This document shows positions 7,728 through 15,223 of a stretch of 64,000 nt of DNA, piece by piece. The DNA is from Dehalococcoidia bacterium. GTDB lineage: Bacteria; Chloroflexota; Dehalococcoidia; Lucifugimonadales; UBA2985. The translations under genes and the position numbers were made by a program. The notes under the pieces were generated by a model. That model was not told where the DNA came from and made no database searches. It saw only the letters and a list, made by a program, of their open reading frames with translations. The stretch lies in contig DAOUJC010000010.1 in NCBI GenBank assembly GCA_034423135.1, forward strand, positions 12,901 to 76,900, given 5' to 3'. Positions within the stretch are counted from its first letter, which is position 1, and each line of letters opens with the position of its first letter.

Positions 7728-9491
7728 CTACGTCGCGCGCGGAAGCGTGAAGGTGAAGGCGCTGCCCTCTCCCTCCCGGCTCTGCACTGCAACCTCTGAA
7801 CCGTGCGCCTGCACTATGTGCTTGACGATGGCGAGCCCCAACCCCGTGCCGCCGCCCTGCCGCGACCGGTCCGCCTTGTAGAAGCGCTCGAAAATGTGTG
7901 GCAAGTGGTCCTCGGAAATGCCCACGCCGCTGTCTCTCACCCCGACCCGGATCATCTCGTGCTCCGGGTACGCCGATAGCGTCACCGAGCCGGTGCCGGG
8001 CGTGAACTTCAGCGCATTGTCCAGAAGGTTGATCAGCACCTGCCGTAGCCTCTCCTCGTCCCCGACCGCGCGCGGCAACCGCTCCGGCACAATCACCTCC
8101 ACCCTCACGTTCTTGTAGTCGGCTCTTTCCTGGAAGCTCTCCTTGACCTCGGTCATCAGCAGCCGCAGGTCAAGAGTGTTCAGCGAAAGCAGCCCCTGCC
8201 GGCTGTCCAGCCTGGCCAGGTCGAGCAGGTCTTCGATAAGCCTGCTCATCCGGTCGACCTCCCAGTTGATGCGGCGTACGAAGTCCCTGGCAACCTCCGC
8301 CTCCTCAAGCGCGCCGTTGTCGAGCGTCTCCACGATGGCCTTCACTGAAGCCAGGGGACTCCGCAGCTCGTGCGATACGTTTGTGACGAACTCCCTGCGA
8401 GTGGTCTCCACCTGGTGCATCCTTGTGAGATCATGAATGGTCAGCAGCACCCACGTAGCCCCACCTTCCACTATTGGCGTGGCGGTTGCGCTGAGGAAGC
8501 GGACAGGTTGAAACAGCTCCACCTCGCCGTGCTGCTGCTCCCGGGTTTCCAGGCAAGCGGCCACGAGCCGGTTCAGGTCGGAGTCGCGCACAACCTCCGG
8601 GAAGATCTTGCCGATTGGGTCAGGCTCGCGCACGCCCAGCATCTCCAGGCCCGCGCTGTTGACCAGCTCGGTGCGCTCCTCCGGCCCGATGAGCGCCACG
8701 CCGTCCGCCATGGTGTCCAGCACGGCCGAGAGCTTGTCGCGCTCGCCGGACAGCTCCTGCACCATGCTCCTGAGAGCCTCGGCCATGCTGTTGAAGGCGT
8801 CCGCAAGCTCGCGCGTCTCGTCCTGAGCCAGCGCCTCCACGTGATGGTCGAGATCGCCGAGGGCGACCTGGCGCGCAGCCTCGGTCACGCTGCGCACAGA
8901 GCGCGCGGTTCGCCTGGCCAGGTAGTAGCCCAACGCCAGCGACAACGCCGACACGACGATGGCGGATACGACGATTGTGGCGATTATGCGGTTGACGCTG
9001 GACTGGATCGCGGACGTGGGTATCGCCACCCTCGCAACCCCGACCAGCTCCCCATCGGCCCGGATGGGAGCAGCGGTGTACAGCAACTCCTCACCCAGCG
9101 CGGCGCTCACGCGGGTGCTCCAGCTGATGCCGCCCGCAAGCGCCTCTCTCACCTCAGGGCGCTGGCCTTGATTCTGGAGATCCTCCGGCGACTGCCACGT
9201 ATCCGCCAGCACCTCGCCGTCGCTGTCGATGACGGTGACACGGGCGTCTATGAGGCTGCCGACGCGTTCGCCCGCATCGCGCAGGTCGTCCACGTCCGCC
9301 CCCGCGTCGAAGAGCGGCGCCAGGCTCTCGGCCGCCAGGACGGCCTCCCGCTCCAGCCGCTGCTCAACGCTGGCGATGTGCGTGTCGCGCACAAAGTCGA
9401 CAAGGTAGATGCTCACCGCACCCATGGAGACTATGATGAGTACGGTGTAGGAGAGTACGATGCGCCACTGGAGACTGTGCAGGAGGTTCAT
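7728..9491 (-). CDS. phoR: Sensor histidine kinase, PhoR-like (TM-HAMP-PAS-HisKA-HATPase)
   Basis: H-box VSHELRSPL, G-box GTGLGLAIVKHIV and N-terminal TM helices. A 4-nt overlap with the upstream response regulator gene, and it lies next to the pst operon. Confidence 0.8.
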   Translation of the reverse strand: MNLLHSLQWRIVLSYTVLIIVSMGAVSIYLVDFVRDTHIASVEQRLEREAVLAAESLAPLFDAGADVDDLRDAGERVGSLIDARVTVIDSDGEVLADTWQSPEDLQNQGQRPEVREALAGGISWSTRVSAALGEELLYTAAPIRADGELVGVARVAIPTSAIQSSVNRIIATIVVSAIVVSALSLALGYYLARRTARSVRSVTEAARQVALGDLDHHVEALAQDETRELADAFNSMAEALRSMVQELSGERDKLSAVLDTMADGVALIGPEERTELVNSAGLEMLGVREPDPIGKIFPEVVRDSDLNRLVAACLETREQQHGEVELFQPVRFLSATATPIVEGGATWVLLTIHDLTRMHQVETTRREFVTNVSHELRSPLASVKAIVETLDNGALEEAEVARDFVRRINWEVDRMSRLIEDLLDLARLDSRQGLLSLNTLDLRLLMTEVKESFQERADYKNVRVEVIVPERLPRAVGDEERLRQVLINLLDNALKFTPGTGSVTLSAYPEHEMIRVGVRDSGVGISEDHLPHIFERFYKADRSRQGGGTGLGLAIVKHIVQAHGSEVAVQSREGEGSAFTFTLPRAT

Positions 9492-10186
9492 GCTTCGAAC
9501 CGGTAGCCCACGCCCCTGATGGTGATTATCTTCCTGGGATGCCCGGGCTCAGCCTCAATCTTCTCTCGGAGCCAGCGCACGTGCACGTCCACCGTGCGGC
9601 TGTCGCCTATGTAGTCGTAACCCCAGAGACGCTCGAGAATCTGGTCTCTTGTGAATGCGCGACCCTTGTTGGACACCAGCAGCGCCAGCAGCTCGAACTC
9701 TCTGGGCTTGAGGTCGAGCGGGTTGCCGGCCACCTTGGCCGTGTGGCCCGTGAGGTCGATCTCAATGTCGCCCGCTCTCAGCACGGTGTTTCCGGCGGCC
9801 TGTTCCGACTGCGCACCCATCGCAGAGCGGCGAAGCATTGCGCGCACCCGCGCCAGCAGCTCCCTCATGCTGAAGGGCTTGGGCACGTAATCGTCGGCGC
9901 CCAGCTCCAAGCCTACCACCCGGTCGATCTCCTCGCCCTTGGCCGTGAGCATGAGGATTGGAGTGAGGGTCTCCCGGCGGAGGATGCGGCAGACCTCAAG
10001 GCCGTCCAGCCTTGGGAGCATGACGTCCAGGATGACCAGGTCCGGCACACCTTCCCTCGCCTGCTGAAGGCCCGCCTCGCCGTCCGTTGCGGTAAGTACG
10101 GAGTAGCCCTCTCGCTCCAGGCTGTACCTCAGGGCCTCGAGAAGGTTCTCCTCGTCCTCGATTATCAGGACCTTCTGTTCAGGCAA
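9488..10186 (-). CDS. phoP: OmpR/PhoB-family response regulator
   Basis: Receiver domain (DLVILDVMLPRLDG, LTAKG) plus winged-helix output (TVDVHVRWLREKIE...IRGVGYRF). TTG start at 10186. Confidence 0.85.
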   Translation of the reverse strand: MPEQKVLIIEDEENLLEALRYSLEREGYSVLTATDGEAGLQQAREGVPDLVILDVMLPRLDGLEVCRILRRETLTPILMLTAKGEEIDRVVGLELGADDYVPKPFSMRELLARVRAMLRRSAMGAQSEQAAGNTVLRAGDIEIDLTGHTAKVAGNPLDLKPREFELLALLVSNKGRAFTRDQILERLWGYDYIGDSRTVDVHVRWLREKIEAEPGHPRKIITIRGVGYRFEA

Positions 10187-10207
10187 GGCGTTACTCAGCG
10201 AATGGGG

Positions 10208-10283
10208 TGGTCGGGGCGACTGGACTTGAACCAGCGACCTCCACGTCCCGAACGTGGCGCGCTTCCGACTGCGCTACGCCCCG
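10208..10283 (-). tRNA. tRNA-Pro (anticodon CGG)
   Basis: Hand-folded cloverleaf: acceptor CGGGGCG/CGCCCCG, anticodon stem CCACG/CGTGG with loop TTCGGGA, T-loop TTCAAGT, encoded CCA. Confidence 0.9.
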
Positions 10284-10300
10284 ACGCCTCCATTATACGC

Positions 10301-11266
10301 TCACTTGGCGGCGGATTCCACGCCCTCCGCGTGAGACTTGGATCTCGCTTTGTCATCGGCCGCCTCCGGGAGCGGCACGGTGACGCCATACATGTCTCGC
10401 AGAACATCCAGGAAGGCCTGAACTCCGGCGCCGTAGTGCTGTGCCTGGCGCACCATCACCGCCGTGGGCAGCGATATGGAGTGGCCCTCCCTCAGCGACA
10501 CCACCCGCAGGCTGCCCCGCTCAAGCTCGTGGCGCATGCTGCTCCTGGGCAGGAACGATATGCCGATGCCCAGCTCAACCATGTGCTTTGTCGCCTCTAT
10601 GCTGTCCAGCGTCATCTCGACCCTGGGCGAGATGCCCGCCTCGCGGCACACCTGCCCGATGAGCACGAAGTAGGTTGAGTCCCTGTCGTACAGGATGAGC
10701 GGCTCGCGAGCGACGTCGTAGATGCTGGCCTCGCCGGCCACGGCGAATGGATGGCTCGGCGAGGTGACCAGGCAAATGTCCTCGTCATACAGGTGTATGG
10801 TGACAACGTCCGGGTCCGTCAGCACGCGGCACAGCCCCACCTGCGCTTCCTCATCGGCGACCATGCGCAGCACGTCCGACGACCGGCCGACGCTGATGTG
10901 CACCTTGATATCGGGGTACCTCCGCCGGAACCGGTCCAGTATGGTGGGCAGGGTGTACGTGCCTATGGCCCTGGCCGACGCTATCTGCAGCACGCCGCCG
11001 GACGCCCCGCGTGTCGTGTCGATTACCTCGCGTCCCTGCCGCAGCGCCTCGATCGCCCGCTCAGTGTACGGGCGGAACGCTCTGCCCCACTCAGTCAGCC
11101 GCACGCCGCGCCCCATGCGGTGGAAGAGCGGCACGCCCAGCTCCACCTCCAGCGCGTGCACCCTCGCGCTCAGCGACGGCTGCGAAAGGAACAGGGTCTC
11201 CGCGGCGCGGCGGAAACTGCCGCGATCCGCCGCCGCCAGGAACGCCTCCAACTGTGCTAATTCCAT
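10301..11266 (-). CDS. LysR-family transcriptional regulator
   Basis: N-terminal wHTH FRRAAETLFLSQPSLSARVHALEVELGVPLFHR, followed by a periplasmic-binding-like effector domain. Confidence 0.9.
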   Translation of the reverse strand: MELAQLEAFLAAADRGSFRRAAETLFLSQPSLSARVHALEVELGVPLFHRMGRGVRLTEWGRAFRPYTERAIEALRQGREVIDTTRGASGGVLQIASARAIGTYTLPTILDRFRRRYPDIKVHISVGRSSDVLRMVADEEAQVGLCRVLTDPDVVTIHLYDEDICLVTSPSHPFAVAGEASIYDVAREPLILYDRDSTYFVLIGQVCREAGISPRVEMTLDSIEATKHMVELGIGISFLPRSSMRHELERGSLRVVSLREGHSISLPTAVMVRQAQHYGAGVQAFLDVLRDMYGVTVPLPEAADDKARSKSHAEGVESAAK

Positions 11267-11308
11267 GGGTCTCTCATTCCTTCCTTCTCTTGGTGAGTAG
11301 GATATCGG

Positions 11309-11911
11309 TCAGAGTGTCCTAATTGCGTTCAAGAATTCTCTCGTCATCACTGCACTGGCGTCTTGCATTGCGTTGTCCAGCCGCCAATTGCTCCTCGTTC
11401 CTTCAACAATTATCGGCTTGTAATCTTCATTAGTGGTGAGTGACCTAAACGTACAGAATTCCCTCTTCGAGTCAATGATCATGACCTTCCGCCAAGTTCC
11501 GTCAGGAACTTCAATCACAACAAATACTGGGGCAGGTCCCCAATCCGGCTCATCCCTATCTAGCGTTATCTGATTAAGCAGATCAATTCGCTCCTGGTCA
11601 CCCAGTAATCGCGAGTCGGAAATTGAGTTATTGGGCCCACGGTGTCTGGTCTGAGGATCATCGTATTGGCAACCTAGCATCCCACTGTCTTCAGCCCTTT
11701 GCATAACGCGCAAAGCCACGGACACTGGAATTGTCCAGAATACTTGTCTGACTTTGTAGAATCGCCTGTTTGACAGCCCGGATGGATACAGCGTTCGCCA
11801 TGATAGACAATAGTACCTTTCTGGATGCACGTTGAGTCGCCATTGCAGCCTTAGCATGATGGGAAGTCCATCATGCGTTTCCGAGACGGTCATGATTTCT
11901 TGATAGGACAT
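11309..11911 (-). CDS. Hypothetical protein (orphan, AT-rich relative to flanks)
   Basis: 200-aa ORF with GGAGAG 7 nt before ATG 11911. No recognisable motif. The composition is clearly lower in GC than the adjacent LysR and aceA genes. Confidence 0.55.
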   Translation of the reverse strand: MSYQEIMTVSETHDGLPIMLRLQWRLNVHPERYYCLSWRTLYPSGLSNRRFYKVRQVFWTIPVSVALRVMQRAEDSGMLGCQYDDPQTRHRGPNNSISDSRLLGDQERIDLLNQITLDRDEPDWGPAPVFVVIEVPDGTWRKVMIIDSKREFCTFRSLTTNEDYKPIIVEGTRSNWRLDNAMQDASAVMTREFLNAIRTL

Positions 11912-11934
11912 GGTTCACTCTCCACTTGTGCCCT

Positions 11935-11959
11935 CACTGATAGAGAAGTTCTATCACTG
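11935..11959. promoter_or_regulatory. LTTR-box-like dyad (GATAG-N7-CTATC, contains T-N11-A)
   Basis: CACTGATAGAGAAGTTCTATCACTG is a 25-bp imperfect palindrome. It sits in the divergent region between the orphan ORF/LysR unit and aceA. Confidence 0.4.
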
Positions 11960-11977
11960 CTATAGGAAAGGCTGTCC

Positions 11978-12005
11978 TTGTATTATATCTCATGGCGGCT
12001 ATACT
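11978..12005 (+). promoter_or_regulatory. Candidate sigma-70-type promoter of aceA
   Basis: TTGTAT, 16 nt, TATACT, located about 70 nt upstream of ATG 12074. Confidence 0.4.
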
Positions 12006-12073
12006 GGTACAGAGGCAAAGAACACTCGGCTGTTCAACAATCTGGTAGAGCAACAGGGATAAGGAGGCAGGAC

Positions 12074-13363
12074 ATGAACAACCACCATCGGGACTTCGAC
12101 CAGCAGGTGCGCGCGCTTGAAGAGAGCTGGGCAACAGACTCGCGCTGGAAGGGCGTAAAGCGAGACTTTACGGCCGAATCAGTGGTGAAGCTGCGCAACA
12201 GCATCAAGATCGAGCACACGCTGGCGAAGCGCGGCGCCGAGCGCCTGTGGAATGACCTCAACGGCGACGGCTTCGTTCGTACATTCGGCGCCCTGACCGG
12301 CGCGCAGGCCGTGAACATGGTCAAGGGCGGACTCAATGCCCTCTACCTCAGCGGCTGGCAGGTGGCCGGCGACGCCAACCTGGCCTCCCACACCTATCCT
12401 GACCAGAGCCTCTATCCCTCCAACAGCGTTCCATCCGTCGTGAAGCGGCTCAACAACGCTCTCATGCGGGCAGACCAGATCCAGCGCCTGGACGGCAAGT
12501 CTGACCTCGACTACTTCGTGCCAATCGTCGCGGACGCCGAGGCCGGTTTCGGCGGCGCCATCCACGCCTACGAGCTGATGCGCGGCATGATCGAGGCCGG
12601 AGCCGCAGGCGTCCACTTCGAGGACCAGCTTTCCTCCGCCAAGAAGTGCGGTCACATGGGCGGCAAGGTGCTCATCCCATCCAACATGTTCATCCACACG
12701 CTGAACGCGGCAAGGCTGGCGGCCGACGTCCTGGACGTGCCCACCATCCTCTGCGCCCGCACGGACGCCCGCAGCGCCACGCTCCTCACCAGCGACATCG
12801 ACGAGCGCGACGCAGCGTTCTCCACCGGCGAGCGCACGACCGAGGGCTTCTACGTCGTGCGGGACGGCTTCGAGGCCGCCGTCTCCCGCGGGCTGGCATA
12901 CGCACCCTACGCCGACCTGCTGTGGTGTGAGACCTCCGACCCGGACCTGGACGAGGCAATCGCCTTCGCCGAGAGGATTCGCGCCGAGTACCCGGACATG
13001 ATGCTAGCCTACAACTGCTCTCCCTCCTTCAACTGGAAGAGCCACCTGGACGACGACACCATCGCCAAGTTCCAGAACGAGCTGGGCAAGGTGGGCTACA
13101 AGTTCCAGTTCATCACCCTGGCGGGCTGGCACATGATCAACCTCAACGCCTTCGAGCTGGCCAAGGCTTACAGCACGGAGGGCATGCCCGCCTACGTGCG
13201 CATCCAGGAGCAGGAGTTCGCCCGCGAGGTGGACGGCTACACCGCCACCAAGCACCAGGCCGAGGTTGGCGCAGGCTACTTCGACGAGGTGCTGCTGAGC
13301 GTGAGCGAGGACCTTGGCGCCACCGCAGCGCTGGCAGGCTCCACGGAGGCTGCTCAGTTCTAG
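12074..13363 (+). CDS. aceA: Isocitrate lyase
   Basis: Signature KKCGHMGGK, with an overall ICL pattern ([16 protein letters not shown]). AAGGAGG precedes ATG 12074. The track start at 11978 coincides with the predicted promoter. Confidence 0.92.
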   Translation: MNNHHRDFDQQVRALEESWATDSRWKGVKRDFTAESVVKLRNSIKIEHTLAKRGAERLWNDLNGDGFVRTFGALTGAQAVNMVKGGLNALYLSGWQVAGDANLASHTYPDQSLYPSNSVPSVVKRLNNALMRADQIQRLDGKSDLDYFVPIVADAEAGFGGAIHAYELMRGMIEAGAAGVHFEDQLSSAKKCGHMGGKVLIPSNMFIHTLNAARLAADVLDVPTILCARTDARSATLLTSDIDERDAAFSTGERTTEGFYVVRDGFEAAVSRGLAYAPYADLLWCETSDPDLDEAIAFAERIRAEYPDMMLAYNCSPSFNWKSHLDDDTIAKFQNELGKVGYKFQFITLAGWHMINLNAFELAKAYSTEGMPAYVRIQEQEFAREVDGYTATKHQAEVGAGYFDEVLLSVSEDLGATAALAGSTEAAQF

Positions 13364-13405
13364 GCAGAGGTTTAGCGCACTAGCGCTGGCAACCGAGCTA
13401 CGGTT

Positions 13406-13440
13406 GGAGGGTGCAGGTTCACAGTGACCTGCACCCTCTT
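13406..13440 (+). terminator. Stem-loop after aceA (possible terminator)
   Basis: GAGGGTGCAGGT-tcacagtg-ACCTGCACCCTC is a perfect 12-bp stem followed by only a short TT. The lack of a U-tract weakens the call. Confidence 0.4.
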
Positions 13441-13540
13441 CGCGTCCGTCATCGTATCGCCCTCCGCCCGAACCACTCCTGCCCTTCGGCTAGGCTCAGG
13501 GTAAACTCCGCGTAGAGTCCATCCGCACTCTCCCGATCGC

Positions 13541-13684
13541 ATGGTTCGACAGGCTCACCACGAGCGGGCGGAGACACCTCCCCCCGTCATGCCGAGCGCA
13601 GCCGAGGCATATTGGACACTCGCCGGCGCGCACGCGTCCCGCTCACCCTGAGCATGTCGAAGGGCGTGAGCGGGCCGGAAGCGT
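13541..13684. repeat. 144-bp composite repeat block, left copy (flanks the EVE-nuclease gene)
   Basis: Aligns collinearly with 15030..15173, with roughly nine in ten positions identical by eye. It contains the modules GGTTCGACAGGCTCACCACGAGCGGGC, GTCATGCCGAGCGCAGCCGAGGCAT and CGCTCACCCTGAGC.TGTCGAAGGGCGTGAGCGG. Confidence 0.85.
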
Positions 13685-13780
13685 CGGCGGGTGCACTTGT
13701 GAGAACGTCAGCGAATCACTATGATGGACGCAGATCCCCTCCGGCGCGGAGGTCGGGGACATGTATGCCACGGAGGTTAC

Positions 13781-14899
13781 ATGAAATACCACTTGAATCT
13801 CTTCAATCCCGAAACCTGGGCGGTTTTCCGCGAGTTGGGTGCTACCGTCTCTGGCTTCAGCAAGAGGCACTGGCGTTTGGCAGAAGAGCGGGTCAGCCAA
13901 GGTGATATCTTTCTCTGCTATCTGACACATTTGTCTAGATGGTGTGGCGTACTGGAAGTCGAGTCCGGTCCCTATTACGACGCGAGCCCCAGATACTCCA
14001 ATCCCGATCCATATCCTGTCCGTTTCCAAGTCAAGCCAATTGCTCTCCTAGACCCGGAATCTGCGGTACCCATACGTGAGCAAAGGGTTTGGAGCACCTT
14101 GACCATCACCAGACAGCATGAAATGGGACGTTCACATTGGACGGGGTTCTTCCGCAGTTCCCTCAGTACATTCGAGAATGCAGACGGGGACTTCCTGGCG
14201 CGCCTCATAAAGGAGCAAGTCGCGAATCCTCAGAGGTACACGCTCACCAACAAGCAGCTACGCGAGCTTGAACGGAGCAGGAGGGTAAGGACAAGAGAAC
14301 GAGAAGTGGCGGTCAAGGTTTCTGACCACAAGGAGGAGGACACATCAACGTCATCGGAGACGACCGAGCTCGCCACAGGATCAGAGAGCCGGGAGTCTAT
14401 TCGGTACCAGGCTAAGGTGGCCCAGATTGGGGCAGAGATGGGATTTGACATATGGCTGCCAAGAGGCGACAAGGCGCGGGTATTGGAGCACATCCCGCCA
14501 CGACTGTACGACAAGTTTCTAGACGAACTCAAGCTGAACTACGATAGGCAAGTATTGGGAACCGTGGAGCGAATTGACGTTCTGTGGCTTGAGGGTCTGT
14601 CAATAGTGAGGGCGTTCGAGATTGAGCACACAACTTCAGTTTCCTCAGGGTTGATGAGGATGGCTGACCTACGTGCCATGCAGCCCAATATGAACATTCG
14701 GCTACATATTGTAGCGCCGGCGGAGAAACGCCAGCGAGTGCTCCGCGAGATGGAACGGCCCGGTTTCTCCCCATTGGCAAAACAGTGCTCGTTCCTGTCG
14801 TATGACTCAATTGACCTGTTGGCGCAAGAAAGGCACTTAGCGCACATGAAAGTCTCAGTTATCGCGGACTACGAGGAAACCGCAGAGTCTGGCAACTAG
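13781..14899 (+). CDS. PUA/EVE-like N-terminal domain fused to a PD-(D/E)xK-like nuclease domain (putative modification-dependent restriction enzyme)
   Basis: GGAGGT precedes ATG 13781. The N-terminus (GDIFLCYL...WCGVLEV...YPVRFQV) looks like a PUA-fold reader. An acidic, Ser/Thr-rich linker follows. The C-terminus has ERIDVLWL...AFEIEHTT (a D...ExE core). AT-richer than flanks. Confidence 0.6.
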   Translation: MKYHLNLFNPETWAVFRELGATVSGFSKRHWRLAEERVSQGDIFLCYLTHLSRWCGVLEVESGPYYDASPRYSNPDPYPVRFQVKPIALLDPESAVPIREQRVWSTLTITRQHEMGRSHWTGFFRSSLSTFENADGDFLARLIKEQVANPQRYTLTNKQLRELERSRRVRTREREVAVKVSDHKEEDTSTSSETTELATGSESRESIRYQAKVAQIGAEMGFDIWLPRGDKARVLEHIPPRLYDKFLDELKLNYDRQVLGTVERIDVLWLEGLSIVRAFEIEHTTSVSSGLMRMADLRAMQPNMNIRLHIVAPAEKRQRVLREMERPGFSPLAKQCSFLSYDSIDLLAQERHLAHMKVSVIADYEETAESGN

Positions 14900-14931
14900 T
14901 TGGCGTTCAGTCAGCCTTGCGGCAAGTCCTA

Positions 14932-15215
14932 GATTCTTCGACTTCGCTGCGCTCCGCTCAGAATGACGGTCGGCTCCCCCCGTATCCACTCCTGCGAAAG
15001 CAGGAGTCCATCCCCGCTTGCCCGCTCGAATGGTTCGACAGGCTCACCACGAGCGGGCGGAGACACATCTCCCCGTCATGCCGAGCGCAGCCGAGGCATC
15101 TTGGACATTCGATGGCGCAGACGCGCACCGCTCACCCTGAGCGTGTCGAAGGGCGTGAGCGGGCCGAAGGCGTGGACTCCTGCCTACGCAGGAGTGGGGT
15201 TGGGGAGTGAGCGGC
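14932..15215. repeat. Composite repeat cluster including the right 144-bp copy (15030..15173)
   Basis: Contains GATTCTTCG..GCTCAGAATGAC, CACTCCTGCGAAAGCAGGAGT, the 144-bp block and ACTCCTGCCTACGCAGGAGT. All are hairpin-forming modules also seen at other loci. Confidence 0.85.
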
Positions 15216-15223
15216 TTCGCCCC

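Noticed and set aside
10184-10283. tRNA-Pro ends only 21 nt upstream of the response-regulator start, suggesting tRNA-mRNA co-transcription.
   Set aside because: Tight spacing alone proves nothing. A promoter could overlap the tRNA 3' end, and the regulator start (TTG) is itself uncertain. It is noted but not considered remarkable without transcript data.
13612-15210. ORFs that translate the intergenic repeats: 13612..13905, 14917..15210, 29103..29543, 38485..38871, 41796..42245, 45357..45803 and 45369..45551. They share peptides such as LTLSLSKGVSG and FDRLTMSG.
   Set aside because: The shared peptides arise because the same DNA modules recur in both orientations and in different frames. 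The modules are hairpin-forming and intergenic, so I treated them as repeats, not as a protein family.
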